64,000 nucleotides of DNA from Octopus vulgaris (GCA_951406725.2 OX597815.1:196292001-196356000); one strand, 5' to 3'. Shown: positions 1-13,859, numbered from the stretch's first letter. Made by a program: numbers and translations. Notes: generated by a model not told the origin, from the sequence alone.

Positions 1-276
1 TCTCGGGGATATTCAGCGTGACACAGAGTGTGACAAGGCCGGCACTTTGAAATACAGGTACAACAGAAACAGGAAGTAAGAGTGAGAGAAAGTTGTGGTG
101 AAAGAGTACAGCAGGGATCACCACCATCCCCTGCCGGAGCCTCGTGGAGCTTTTTAAGTATTTTCGCTCAATAAACACTCACAACGCCCGGTCTGGGAAT
201 CGAAACCGCGAGTCTATGACCGCGAGTCTATGACCGCAAGTCCGCTGCCCTAACCACTGGGCCATTGCGCCTCCAC
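1..276 (-). mobile_element. tRNA-derived SINE, family A (tail type 1), cut off by window start
   Basis: Reverse complement of the full copy at 51318-51706; tRNA-like head GTGGAGGCGCAATGGCCCAGTGGTTAGGGCAGCGG with GGTTTCGATTCCC B box; small internal tandem duplication (gaccgcgagtctat). Confidence 0.9.
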
Positions 277-707
277 ACTTTAGTATTAATATATATTCAA
301 TTGACACTCGAGCTCATTTCAGCTTTATCTTCTCCTCCTTCCATCTCTCCATCCGTCCTTCACACTTTCTATCTGTTCCTTTTTATCGACGTCGTCCCTT
401 AAATGTATTTTGAAGCCTTACTTTCCTATTTGCACCATCGGCTACTGCGGCTCAGGAATTTCAGGAGAATACTGCGGGTAGCTGAAAATAGGGTTGTCCG
501 AGTAATTGCATACAATAACAGAAACATTGTAATAATGACATTTTACTAGAATATATAAAACAATGTGTTTATCAAAATATATTCACAATTAAATAGCAAG
601 GATAGTACCGAGAGTATAGAAAAAGAATAAAAAGAAAATAAACGGAGAAAGAAAAGTTTTATATATCACTTAAAGAGTAATGACCTCTCTGAATCATGAT
701 GTGAGTA

Positions 708-715
708 CTTCTGTA

Positions 716-749
<34 letters not shown>

Positions 750-1305
750 TGTGTTTGTGTGAGTGCCTGTGTGTTCATGTTAGAGGGACTATGGATACGT
801 GCTTAGGTGTATATGTATCTGTGTGTGTGTGTATATGTTTCAGTGTTTGTGTTAGTGTGTCCTTGTCTGCGTGCATACGTGAGTGTATGTTTGCGTATAT
901 ACATGTCTGTGTGTGTATCTGTGAGTGTTAGTGTGTGTGTGTGTGTGTGTCCGTGTATGCATGCGTATGTTCGTGAGTGTGAGCTTATATACGTGTATAA
1001 GTGTGTCTGTGTGTATGTGTGTCTGTGTGTATGTGTGTCTGTGTGTGCATGCTTACGTTAATGTGAATACGTACACGTGCATATGCGTATGTGTATATAT
1101 GTGTATGTGCGTGTGTGTTTGTCCGTGTGTGTATGCGTGCGTATGTGAGTGTGACTATATATAGGTGTACATGTGTATGTATGTTTGTCTGTGTGTGTGA
1201 GGGGATTATATGTGAACGTATAATTTTGCTTCTTTCCTCCTCGTTATACACGTGTACGTATGTGTCGTGTATGAGGTTTATTACATCCACATGTGTATGT
1301 GTAGG
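708..1305. repeat. Degenerate (TG)n-rich low-complexity tract
   Basis: Direct reading; accounts for the Cys/Val-rich ORFs at 680-1381. Confidence 0.9.
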
Positions 1306-1708
1306 CGTCAAATTACGACCCATTATTTCTAGTATTTTAGATGTTAAACAGAAATTCCTGGAATTGTCAAACAATCATTAAGATCTTATTTCGTTTTAAA
1401 TGTCTCACCGAAATATGAATTAAATAACACTGTACTCTTTACTTAGCCATTTCGTTACCATTTAGATCAGGAAAACGACGTATTCTATGCAAATTAGCTT
1501 ATATCACCCATAATATCAATTCTCTGATGATTTAATGAAAATGCAAATTACTGATTCTTTTATGCATCACATAATTTATCACATAGAATAATGTTTACCG
1601 AATATTTCGGAAGTTAAAAAGTGTGTGTGTGCGCGCAGAGATATTTGAGAGATGTGAGCAGGGAAGGTCATTGTGTAATGTAGTGAAGGATACGAAGCGT
1701 AGATCTAG

Positions 1709-1870
<162 letters not shown>

Positions 1871-1927
1871 ATATAGTCCCTCACGAGCTGAAATTAGTTT
1901 AAGAGTTATAAATAGCTCAAGTATACA

Positions 1928-2577
1928 TACGTGATCTGATCAATAAGTATCCGGACTGTTGCCATAGTAACGAAGATAAAGTACGTAGAGTGAAGCCGCT
2001 TTGCGCAGATTGACCTTGGACGCTGCTGTGCATGTGCACTAAGTTTCAAAGTTCTGGCTCCTTTCTGCTGTTTGCAGCAGTGCTTCGAAGGAACGTGTGT
2101 AGCGTATGATCGTCGCCTTGAACATGACAGAGAAAGTTGAGCAGAGAATTTACTTCAAATGTTGTCAAAAGCTTGGTGATACCTGTTCAGCGGCCTACGC
2201 AACGTTGCAGAAACTGTATAGAGAGGATTGTATGAGCTAGAAAAATATCGATAGCGACGAACATTCTGGGAGACCCGCAACGAGCAGAACTCAGAAAAAC
2301 GACGCTGTGTACGTGCAGATCTGAGGGAAAGTCGTCGAATTACCATCTGTGAGTTATAAGAATATGTGCAGATTACTTACGGCTCAGTTCATTATTACTG
2401 ATGATTTGGGTACGAGACATGTGTCTGCCAATTTGGGGCTAAAATTGCCTTCAGCTGACCAAAAAGTATCTCGGGTCCCAGTTGCATAAGGTCTCTTTGA
2501 ATGTGTCGAGAACGATGAAAACTAGTTCAAAACGGTCATAACGGGTGATGAATCCAGTCACCATATTTCTCAGACCG
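1928..2577 (+). pseudogene. Decayed mariner transposon (irritans-like): left end plus disrupted transposase
   Basis: Starts TACGTGATCTGATCAATAAGTATCCGGACT. From the ATG at 2124 it reads MTEKVEQRIYFKCCQKLG...DEHSGRP...RRITICEL...FKTVITGDES with stops and frameshifts, then a YSPD-like remnant. Confidence 0.85.
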
Positions 2578-2589
2578 CTAACTTCAAGA

Positions 2590-2770
2590 GATTTCTTTTC
2601 CGTTTTCACTCTGTTTATTTCCTGGTGTTCCTCCTTTTTTTCTTTTTATTTTTAAAGAGCGCAGGCTCGAAATGTAACAGACTTTCTCACCATCCCGAGC
2701 GTCAAACTAATACACGTTTTTGCTGTTTATACAGCTGTCTTCGTCTTTTGTTTTTCTGTAAATTTCAACT
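2590..2770 (+). mobile_element. Penelope-like terminal repeat fragment with degenerate hammerhead-like motif (copy 1 of 3)
   Basis: AAGAGCGCAGGCTCGAAATGTA...CCCGAGCGTCAAACTAATACAC is homologous to 30060-30260 and 60490-60640. PLE assignment is inferred from the hammerhead-like motif and microsatellite flanks. Confidence 0.55.
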
Positions 2771-3944
2771 GTGTGTGTGTGTGTGCATATACGTATATAT
2801 ATAAATGTACTTTCTTTTCTCCCTCACTTTGTGACAGTGAAAGCAGCTTCATCAATGTAGCTGTTCCACAAGTTAAACAAGTATCTATGTCTCAAAAAAT
2901 ATTAAACAGATTTCAGAATTTACTAAACACCTCTCCATTGTAAGGAACGGCATGGCATTTTTGTTTCAGCGATTTATTCTCGATGTATTGTGTGGAACAC
3001 ATGTTGAACTTATGAATGAAAACTTGAACTTTTGAACTCGTGATTTATTTGAGAAGTGAATTGATGATAGAGTGTTTTTTAATCGCTATGTATTTTTTTT
3101 TTATATACTGCTAAAGATAGCACGTTATATTTTGTTTTATTTTTACCCTTTGATAATATATGTGTTCAGAAAGAAATTTGGGTCACGTCAGATGAAGGTC
3201 AAATGTGGAGGGATGGATGCCTTCCATTGTGTGATTATGGTTGTTAGTTTTGTGGCACAAATATATACGTACGAGTGAGCAGGATATACATCCACACACA
3301 CTCACACACTTAAACAGATGCAAACGCACATATATCTGTGTGTGTATAAATATGTGTGTATGTGTGTACGTGTCTATGTATGTTACATATGTTTGTGTAA
3401 AGCTTAAAATTTTAGGATGTACGGGAGGTGTATATATTATTTAATAATTTGTCTTCCTTACGGTTACGGCTGTTTCGCTATTTCCTACATATGGTAATTT
3501 TAGTGTGTAATAAATTGTCTACATGTTTACACTAATATGATCGCTACGCACTATGCAATACGATTAATTTGTGCATTCACAAATCTATGCAGAGCAGTTC
3601 AAGAAAGCTAGCTCTTCCGATCACCAGAGCATCATAGTTACACCGATCATTCAAATCCATGTATACATACATTTCTGTGTGTGCGTGCACGTAGATAGAT
3701 AGACGGATAGATAACAGGCACACATTGACATATATGCATGTATAAGAATATGCAAAGGTGCTCTTTTTTTCTCTCACGTTTTTCACTCATTCGACGAGTA
3801 CATCTCTTTCATTACTCAATTTAATATCTGATATTCATTTTATACATCCAGATGGCTAACCGCTACATATTGTGAACATAAATAAACTAACACCGTTTCC
3901 AAGCAGTGAGAAACAACTGCGAATAAAGAGGCAAACGCTTACAT

Positions 3945-4320
3945 ATGCACACATATAATGGGTTTCCGTGCAGTTTCCTTCTACCAGATTGAATCGCAAT
4001 AGGTTAAATGGTTGAAGACTATACTTGAAAAGTCTTGCACAAGACGCCGCATTCGGTGAATAAACATGAAGGTATATGGTGAAAAAATGAATTTCTTACC
4101 CACAGAGTATGTCCGGAGTACAATTATACACACTTTCACATACGTACTGACACACAGGCATATACACCCAGCCGCATATAGTTTGGCCTTTCCTTTCCTC
4201 AGTTTACATTCACCATGCATTGTCTAACCTCAGTTTAGAAACAAATGCCCCAGTGCCATGCATTGGGATTGATCTTCGAACTGCATCGTTTCAAAGCACG
4301 CCTCCCAATCAAGACACCAG
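3945..4320 (-). mobile_element. Highly degraded SINE-B fragments
   Basis: CAGTTTCCTTCTACCAGATT...CTTGCACAAGACGCC and AAATGCCCCAGTGCCATGCATTGGGATTGA resemble the SINE-B 5' half. Confidence 0.5.
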
Positions 4321-4347
4321 TATTTAAATTCTACCGCTTTCATTGCA

Positions 4348-4558
4348 TATATGTATGTACGTATGCATGTATGTATGTAAGTATGTATGTATGCATGTAT
4401 GTATGTATGTATGTATGTATGTATGTATGTATGTATGTATGTATGTACGTATGTATGTACGCATGTATGTACGAATGTATGTATCTATGCATGTATGTAT
4501 GTTTGTTTGTATGTATGTATGTATGTATGTATGTATGTATGTATGTATGTATGTATGT
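4348..4558. repeat. (TATG)n microsatellite
   Basis: Direct reading. Confidence 0.95.
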
Positions 4559-6304
4559 AGATGAATGGTAGGCAGAAATGGACAAGAAGGGAACGGCTGC
4601 GTGAGTCATTTGATTACTGACCAGTTGTTCTCTGTTTCTACGTTCTTGGAAATTTAGCGCTGCATAACAGCCGTATTATTCCGATAATATACACAAATGC
4701 CTTACTATAGACAGAGAAACTGGGAGTAAGCGCGAAAGAGAAAAACATAAATAAACGAAACTTTAAATTTACTGTTTTCAAGCGTTTTCGTTTTTTATCT
4801 TTTCTCTCCTTCTTTCACCACTATAAATAGAGGAAACACCTTAAAAGATGCTGAGCATTGTTTACTCAACAAACATTGTTAATTTTGAGTTCATATGAGC
4901 GTGTACATTTGTTAAAGGATTTATTAATTAATTAAATGTACTTCTGTTGTTATACGTATTTTTGCAACTCATGGGATTCTTGTATAAACAGTGATATTCA
5001 GGTCGGTTTACACGAGTTCTAAAATCCATTGACTAACTACATTAAACATACATTATAAAATTATATTGAATGTATTTTTAAATGGCTGTAATATAAAGAA
5101 GGATGAAAATAAAATCAAGATTGATGTATTTGAGGCTGACGGTTACGAATATGAATTTGACGCTGACGCGACTGAAATTGTTAATGGCGAACTTGAAGGA
5201 AATATTCTGCATTAATCTGGGTTTGAATACTTCCAAGTGTACTTTTGCATATATTTTATTAAATTGTTCGGTGTGTGTACGTGTGTGTAAATGCATGCAT
5301 GTGCACGTGTACATGTGTGTATGCGTGTGCATTCGTGTGTGTTTATTTCAAAGATACCTTTTTTTTGCATACCGTAAACCGTCTCTGTTCTTTCATTGAC
5401 ATAAAAGTAATGTCAAATTTTTTTGTCTCTAATTTCTATTCAAATACCTTCTTTAATTATAATGCATCGGAAACAATCCTGTAACTACACACTCTCTGTT
5501 CATACAATCATACCATTTGAACGCTTGCATATGACCTTTGCATTATATTTTGTCAATATTTGCGTAATACGAGTTTTACCTTTGCCAAGGTTTCTCAAGG
5601 GAAAGGTCAACATAAAACCAGCATTAATGTTCTCAAATATTATCTATGAAATGCTATAGAGTATTACAGGAATATATATATATATATATACATATTCTGC
5701 AAAATTAGTTTTGGTGTCCATAAACTGCATCAATTAAATATAAGCAAACAGGATATAAAAGACCATAGTTGAGAACTTATTTCAAGCATTATCCAATATC
5801 ACACGCATGATATTAGATAAGATATGACGTTATTTCAATAAAATATTAATCAGAAAGCCTCAGTCTTGTGGTCATTGCTGGTGTTGCAGCTGATGTTATA
5901 TTTGGTTAAACTGGTCTTAAATCAGCTAGGCCTCTATTCAAAGGCGCTCCGGTTAAGAAAATTCAATCTCTACTTTAACTACATCAGAGCTGGTGTTTTC
6001 TAATAATTTCTCCTTTATTTCTTTTGGATGTGTTGTTCAGCTCTAGACCTGACTTGATCAAGGAGAATTCTGATCACAGCTTACCCAGCTAACCATGCCA
6101 TCTTCTTTTACATCGGAGCGTATTTTATCTAAAATATATTTTCCTGTTTGAATGTTGGTAGTGTTATGAGGCAAGTGAAGCGCTGCTGCTACTCTTATCA
6201 GATCGAACGACGCATACAGGCTCACCGATTCGACTTTGCAGTGATTTGTTATTCAGAAAACCGAAAATTTTGATTGCTGGCTTGAAAAATTATAGTATTG
6301 AAAT

Positions 6305-6502
6305 AAGGATTTCAAATTGTGGTACAAAGCCAGCATGTTTGGTGGGAGGAGCTAGTCAATTGCATCAACATCCTAGTTCTCAACTGGTATTTATCTTATC
6401 GACCCCGAAAGGATGATGAGCAAAAGCGACCTCGGCGGAATTTGATCTCCGAAAGGGAAGACAAACAAAATACCGCTAATCATCATGCCAGTACGCCGCC
6501 TT
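6305..6502 (-). mobile_element. SINE family C (CORE/MIR-like), diverged
   Basis: CAACTGGTATTTATCTTATCGACCCCGAAAGGATGA...GACCTCGGCGGAATTTGA matches the copies at 42534 and 46786. Confidence 0.8.
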
Positions 6503-6638
6503 ACAATGTACTGGAAAATGCAATAGATGAACTATATATATATGTGTGTGTATGTATATATATATGTGTGTGTGTATGTATATATATATATATGTATGTA
6601 TATATGTATATATATATATGTATGTATATATGTATGTT

Positions 6639-6703
<65 letters not shown>

Positions 6704-8139
6704 TTGTGTGTGTTACTTTGTTTATATTTAGCATATGTTTGAATAATTTTTAATGAATATTTAAATCATATGGCATATGATACTATATCCAGTTCTATTT
6801 GCGACAACATATCATATGCTATATTATACCTTTGTTTGATTTTTTAAAAATCTATTCGAATTTAAGCTTTGAAAATAGAGAAAAATATGCTATTTATTTT
6901 AGAAATAATTTTTATAAGTAATCTCGTATATACGAGGGATATCTTAGTTACGTCTTATTCGCAGATTTATATGAATGTATCTTACATAGCAAATATATGC
7001 TGGAAAACAGTATATACTGGAAATATATACTGGAAAACAGTATAATTACGAAGCAGAAAAACGAAAACAATGATATTTTGTTATTAGAAGATAATTTCTT
7101 CTGCCTCCCACATATACGATATGTATTTCACTGCCTTAGGTTAATAAAGGGAACAATTATTCTTATTATTTACATCAGGTTGATACTACGAAATGTATAT
7201 TTTAGGCGGTCCGATATAAATGTATGCAACTATTTTGGGTGTCGTTTTAAACGATTATTTTCCCAATGAACAACTGTGCTATTGTAATATTAAATAACAC
7301 ACTGCGAGTTCCAGAATCTGAATATACAGCAAAGCAACACATATTAATTGGGTCAGTGAAGTAGTGGAGCGTGATTTTTTTTCATTAGTTTACACAAATA
7401 TCAAACGGAATGTGATAGAAGATATCGATTTCATTGACAATTAACCCCATTTTATAAAAATCAAATTCAATTTAAAATCCACTCGTCTGCTGCTGTCAGT
7501 AGTACAGATGATGTTTTCTTTACTGCGGTTTTCGTTGTTGTTGTTGCAGCTGATGTTCCTACTGCTACTAAGAGTAATATTCTTAGTGACACCAATAATT
7601 GTAACAATAGAACTATTACTTTATCTATTTATGTGCCTACTATATGATGACTGATGAAAGATATTTGATGCTGCAGGTTTCGTATTATTCCGCGATTCTT
7701 CGCAGAAAATCGGAAAAGAATTTTAGCTTTAATGTGTCACTTCAAATTTATTGTATAAGTACACAATTTTTCGCAATAATGTAATATCAATAATTGCTAT
7801 TAATCGCAATATATCTGATATTCTTTCATATTTATAGAACTTCAGGGGAGATAATTCTATCTTCCGGAAATAATCCACATCAATTTCCTTGAACTTGAAT
7901 GAAAATAGGATATTTTATATTGAAATGTTTTATGTTAATTAAGATATAAGACAAGAGTTTACAACATATTCTAATTAGAATTTGCGGTAATTATTAGCAG
8001 TTGGCAGGGACGCTATCTGGCAGTCTCATTAGCACGTCAGGCAAAATGCTTGGCGGCATTTCATCCGAATTCACGTTCTGATTTCAGAATTCTTCGAGGT
8101 CGATTTTTCTTTCATCCTCTCGGACGTACAGGCAAATGT

Positions 8140-8410
8140 TACGAGTTTCTTACAAGGATCATTGGGTATACGGTTGGGTGTGTTACAAGAAATAGGCGAA
8201 ACACAACTCCTGAACATTGTGCAAAAACACCAAAGCTTATCCATTATGACCGTATACGAATAAGCAGAAGATAGGGAAGCATTATCATGGAAGGAAAAGT
8301 GGAAGGTAGAGAATCAAGAAGCAGGCAAAGAACCCACTGGATCGACAATATCAAGGCAGTTGTAGTCTCGTCAATGCTCTGCAGGCGCACGACAGATGAC
8401 GACGACGAAA
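8140..8410 (+). mobile_element. RTE (BovB-like) LINE 3' remnant
   Basis: From 8281 it reads IIMEGKVEGRESRSRQRTHWIDNIK, the RTE C-terminal GKVEGxRxRGR..W.D.IK motif; short GAC/GAT tail. Confidence 0.75.
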
Positions 8411-8424
8411 TACAGTATATATGC

Positions 8425-8683
8425 ATTACAACATCATAAGCGGAAAGTGTAACCTCTCGAAAGAGCTGTTCTTCACTCCTGCTCCAGAGCGTAGGCTGCG
8501 GGGTTACTCCGAAAAGCTCTATCTGCGACGATTTCATCTCAATCGAAGGAGAGGGGCTTTCTCCGTCCGGGTTGCGGATCTGTGGAATAAGCTCTCTTGA
8601 CCAGAAATGGCCAGAACTCTTTGCATAACTCCATGTTCCCCTACATGATCTTGCTTTTTGCTTTTTGAGCCAAAAACGTAACT

Positions 8684-8690
<7 letters not shown>
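8425..8690 (+). mobile_element. CR1 LINE 3' remnant
   Basis: Reads ISGKCNLSKELFFTPAPERRLRGYSEKLYLRRFHLNRRRGAFSVRVADLWNKL, matching the CR1 RGH..KL...R..FFS.RV...WN.L motif; ends in TAACTTAACT. Confidence 0.8.
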
Positions 8691-8720
<30 letters not shown>

Positions 8721-8751
8721 ATCAAAATAAAAACATGATGCGAAGGATTCA

Positions 8752-8829
8752 GCGGTACATATGTTTCGGGCCTTTATTAGACAGATTTATAACAATGCAT
8801 AATGTATGTCTGTGGCCTTCTTCAGCCGC
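8752..8829 (-). ncRNA. Type I hammerhead ribozyme motif (Penelope-like terminal repeat context)
   Basis: Minus strand reads GCGG-CUGAAGA-AGGCC...GGCCC-GAAAC-AUAU-GUA-CCGC: stem I GCGG/CCGC, intact core, extended stem II, palindromic stem III, GUA cleavage triplet. Confidence 0.7.
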
Positions 8830-9150
8830 GCACAACAGCTTCCAGAAGGACATGTGTTACATCAAAAATTCTTGGTTGGGGATGCAAATCCTCTCATTCG
8901 CGTACGACATAATGCGGCAGCAGCATAGAATTGAAGCGTCCATCTCTTTCTTCTCTCAATGTAGAATGAGGAAATTTGGATGTTGAAGTAATGTAAATAA
9001 ATAAATACATATATAGACGTGAAGATGGAGGGGCGAGAATTCAGGACGAGGGATAAAAAATGTATAAAAAGTGTAAGTATAGAAAAATATAAAAATGTAG
9101 AGTATAAAGATATAAAAGGGATATAAGGAGATGTAAAGGATATAAATAAA

Positions 9151-9154
<4 letters not shown>

Positions 9155-9185
<31 letters not shown>

Positions 9186-9731
9186 TGCGTATTTATGTAT
9201 GTCTATATATTTATGTGTGTATGTATATGCCTGAGTATACATGTATATATGCTTCGATATATATGTGCATATTTGTATGTCTATATATATATATATATAT
9301 ATATGCATATGTATATGTATATATACACATAAATACTTTAAAATTATATTCATAAGTTTGTGTTTGTGTGTGTGTATAAGAAAGTTTACGCGTATATGTG
9401 TATATATCTTTGTATGTGTTTGTATGCGTATGTGTAAAATAAGACGATGTGAATGTGCATAGTATTTATGTATGATTGGAAGATATTGGGAAACGAAATC
9501 TGTATAGAAACGGTATGTGTTTTACAAGAGCCCGTTGAAGTAGTTAAGAAATAAAAGCGGAAAGAACAACTGGCGTCATAAGTATCTTACATACAAGGCA
9601 GGCATTATATACATAGCGCACCCACAAATACATGTATACATGCAAACGTAAACACACATACATATATGCATCGTTGCTTATATATATTTCTATATTCACA
9701 CATATATGCATTGATATGCATACACACACAT

Positions 9732-9784
<53 letters not shown>

Positions 9785-9930
9785 CACACATACACTGTCT
9801 CTAGGTATGTTAGTATATGCATGTATACATGTTTGTATGTATGCATGTATGTATGTATGTATGTATGTATGTATGTATGTATGTATGTATGTATGTATGT
9901 ATGTATGTATGTATGTATGTATGTATGTAT
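9155..9930. repeat. Cluster of (TA)n, (CA)n and (TATG)n microsatellites
   Basis: Direct reading. Confidence 0.9.
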
Positions 9931-10523
9931 AGCAAGGCCGGGAATCGTTTCTTAGAATCATATTATAATAATGACAGTATCTGTTGGATTTTGGTTTCTT
10001 TATTGATGTATGTTCTTACACATCTTGTTATACGGTTCCTGGTTAGTTTTGAATATATTACTAATATTCAATATCAATGCCAGATATTTTCACTGACAAA
10101 TTCCTAATGAGTGTATTTAATTACGAATGACCAAGATTCCATTAAGTGTTCAGGTGTCTATTGAGTTAAGTGCCAATCATTATGCCTGTAAAACAACGGT
10201 CTTCCTTAAATTGTCTTCAAAGATAAAACAATCGATAACATTGTTAGAAGTAAGGGCGCTTTATTCACTTAGTCCGGCGAACCATTTCATCGTCTTTCAT
10301 TTTAACTTCAACATCTGAGCCCTTCTTTGGTTGTCTAAGTGGTCGTTGATGGGTCAGAAAGTGATAGTAGGGTCTCAATAGGACGAAAGTAAATCCTGTT
10401 TTGTAATTATACACATTTATCTCTTCCTCTCTCTTTTTTCTCAGTATCCTTCTATCATTCTCTCTCCATTTATCTATTCTTGTCTCACGCTTTCTGTGTG
10501 TCTCCCTCTTGCGAACACATAGA

Positions 10524-10590
<67 letters not shown>

Positions 10591-10907
10591 GCATGGTCAC
10601 CTGTTCATAATAGCATATGTATTTACACACAACTTGTAAACACCACAAAACTGAAATCTTGGTAGTTGATACATTTAACAATCATCAAGGTTTTGGCAGT
10701 TACTCATAAATAAATTATTACCAAAACTACATTCTTTGGCAAAGTATATTTGTTCAGGCTTAGATAGTACTTTAAATTAAAAAAGATTAAATAGTGGCAC
10801 TTACTGGATTTTTCTCGAAAGAAATGTATAATTATTCTGATCAGTAAAACTTTACTGGTGGTCAGTCTAAGGCTGATGTGATCTCCGGTTGTTATATCTA
10901 CGCTATG

Positions 10908-11474
10908 TATTGGGTTGCCCAGAAGTTCATGCCGATTTATAGTAGCTTACATTTCGACTTATTTTAGAACATGGTTGAGTCCATAAAATAGGATTTGACT
11001 ACATCTCTATTTAGAGCACAGTTTAACCTATCTTTTCGTGGAAGAAGGTTTATGTTCCTATAACCTGTGTTAATTCTGTACCTCTTTATAAAGGAAGATA
11101 AGAAAGCTCATTTTCGGCACTTGATGATTTGGGAGCCAGACAAAAATTGCTGCAGCTCGACTGGGATGTGTTAGTCACCCTCCATATTCACTAGATATTG
11201 CTCCTTCGGGTTTCTAGTTATTCAGGTCTCTGCAGAATAGTATTAATGGTAAAAGTTTCAATTCCATGGATGACGTAAAAAGCTACCTTGCTGAATTATT
11301 TGTCATGAAATCACCTCAATTCTGGGAAGAGAGGATTTTCAAGTTAAAGTAAAGATAGAGACGCATTGTGCAACAAAATGGTTCATATTTGGTTGATTAA
11401 AATGTAATGGCAAGTATATAGTGACCTTTTTCTTTCCTTTAAAAATCGGCACGAACTTTCCGGACAACCTAATA
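10908..11474 (+). mobile_element. Non-autonomous mariner (mellifera-like), internally deleted, both TIRs present
   Basis: TA-flanked TIRs TTGGGTTGCCCAGAAGTTCATGCCGATTT / AAATCGGCACGAACTTTCCGGACAACCTAA; transposase N-terminus fused to a C-terminus with HPPYSxDIAPS; second copy at 27198-29110. Confidence 0.92.
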
Positions 11475-13339
11475 TAATAAATGAACCCACACTACATTGT
11501 ATCAAGTCTATTACTTGATACACGCGAATTATGCGAAATCAAAATCCTCCTGAACAACGTATCTATGAAACTTTCTGTCACCTTAAGGTGAATAGCAATA
11601 CCAAATGGATTGCTAAAACCTGCACAGAAAACCATCCGCCATCTTGAGACAAACTAGTAATAGTATGATTTTTGCCTTCTTGCTGTTGGTGAATGAATGA
11701 GAATAAGTTAAGGAGATGTGAAAAGAAAGAAAACAAAAGAGAGAGTAATTTGCTTAATGTATTTAGATGGATGTGACAGTATATATAAATATGTGTTTGA
11801 ACAGTGTGTGTGCGTGTGTGTGTGTTTGAGTAAGTATGCTCGCTAACTCAAAGCAATGTCACTCCTGAAATGTATATATATTTCTCATAAAAATCATTAA
11901 GATCTATTGGATCTCATGTCATCACTTCTATATTGGCGCCTGAGTCGTAAAGGGATATTTTTCTTCTTTTTTTTTTGCAAAATCAAAATCAATTATCGAT
12001 TGATTAATAGTCGCGTAATGGACATATGAAGTAGGTGAACTGCAACGTCAGTCAGATGATGAAAAAGAAACAAAATTTGTGACTACTAGTAATCAATAAT
12101 TCGCGTGTAGGAAGCATTACAAAAAAGTATAAGTGAAGTCAATAGAACTATAAGCAGTTTTATCTGACTTTATTAGGTGCAGTTGTTCTTGTTGCAAATT
12201 TGTTGGAGGCAGCTACTTGTTATAGAGTCTCGGGTAACCTGGTTTCCTGCGTTCAAGAAACAAATATTGGGTTGTCTAATGTTGCTAATTTTTGTTGTAT
12301 GGATAGATATTACTGCTACTGTTATTATATTTGCTGCTGCCATTAATTCTATCTCCATAGAAGCTGGTGACGGGGATTTGTGATTTCGAAGTATGGGGAG
12401 TACATGTTAATGAAATACACATCAATCATGCAGGATACATAATAGCTGGAACTGTGAGCTGCAAATCCAGCATCCAATTTACTTAGAATTGTAATATTGT
12501 CTTGTTTACGAGGTTTCTGACAACAAAATTTGATTCGAATCAACTGGAGCCAATCATCATGTTAATAATTGTGAAGCCGGTGCCAGAGTGGGATCCTCGA
12601 GGGGGTATCGACTATAATCTTTGCGTTGCTGCAATTCTTGCAAACAATGCATTCTAATGATACATATTATCTTTATTAATGGCACTGATGCGTAATAAAA
12701 TACTATTCAGATATGTTTGTGTCAGATATCTGCCCGAAAATTAGGTTAGCTATTACCAATATTTGATATTTAAATACAATAAATATTGCAGTAATTTGTC
12801 TCTGAAGATGGATACAATGCCAATAAAAAACATTCATGTATCATGCATGATTTGAAATAATATATTATGTACCATTTGTAATTGAATTCCAGAATATTTC
12901 GATTTTAAATTGCAGAGCTACGCATTAAAACAAGTATCTACATCCTTACGATTGATAAGTAAACATTCTGTCAGTGACCTAGAGCTAGTAAAATATTGAT
13001 GGAACTTCTAAGTCGAACGCAGTAGTTTTACCGCCTGAAACAAGGAAGCAATAAAACACACATGCGTCAACTCCACACTTTATCGTTATACTACATCGTA
13101 ATTCCTCTTTTACGTATTCTATATTTCATTGTAAACTCTGCTCCGACTCATTACGAGGACAAATCGCCGGACGACATTCTCTTCCCACAATTTCACAAAA
13201 ATACATCAAATTCCAAATGAGAAAAATTAACGTGAGCAGTTTGGATACCTTCGGTGGGGATATAACTGCAAGGACTATGGATATTACTAATTTTCCATGG
13301 ACTAAATAGATAAGAACAGCCAATAAATATTGTTTTCAA

Positions 13340-13542
13340 ATTTTTATCACACGGACAGCAATTTTGTGGGTGTTGGTTTGTCGATTATGTTTTCCCCAGC
13401 GTTCAACTGGTATTTGTTTTATCGACCCCGTAAAAATAAAGGCAGTTGGACTCTGCGTAATTTGAACTTAGAACATGAAGACACACGAACTACCCCGGTG
13501 CAATTTGCCCTGCGAGCTAACGAATCTGTTAGCTCGCCGCAT
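13340..13542 (-). mobile_element. SINE family C, diverged
   Basis: CAACTGGTATTTGTTTTATCGACCCCG...AATTTGAACTTAGAAC...AGCTCGCCGC. Confidence 0.75.
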
Positions 13543-13859
13543 TTAAATATTGGCCAGTGAACTATGTACAACTTGCACATCTTTTATACAGGATGCCATA
13601 TATGCTCTGATCCGCCGATCTGAAAAAAACATGTGACCGACTCCCACATGATGTAATGAACTGCTTGGAGTTAGTATAACACACTGGATACGTTGTAAAC
13701 TTTTATTATTCCTCACTCTGTTTCTCTGGGTGCAGGTCAGCTTTGCCCGAAGAGAACTATTTCAGTGGTGTCATAGCCAGAACTTTTCTTTACCTTAAAC
13801 GTATTTTGGAAAGAAGACCTTTCCATATTCAAAACTAATAAACTTGGATTTTCAGAAGA

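Noticed and set aside
12709-12733. miR-190-like start AGATATGTTTG (and miR-31-like AGGCAAGATG at 18182)
   Set aside because: Only 10-11 nt match and no precursor-length hairpin.
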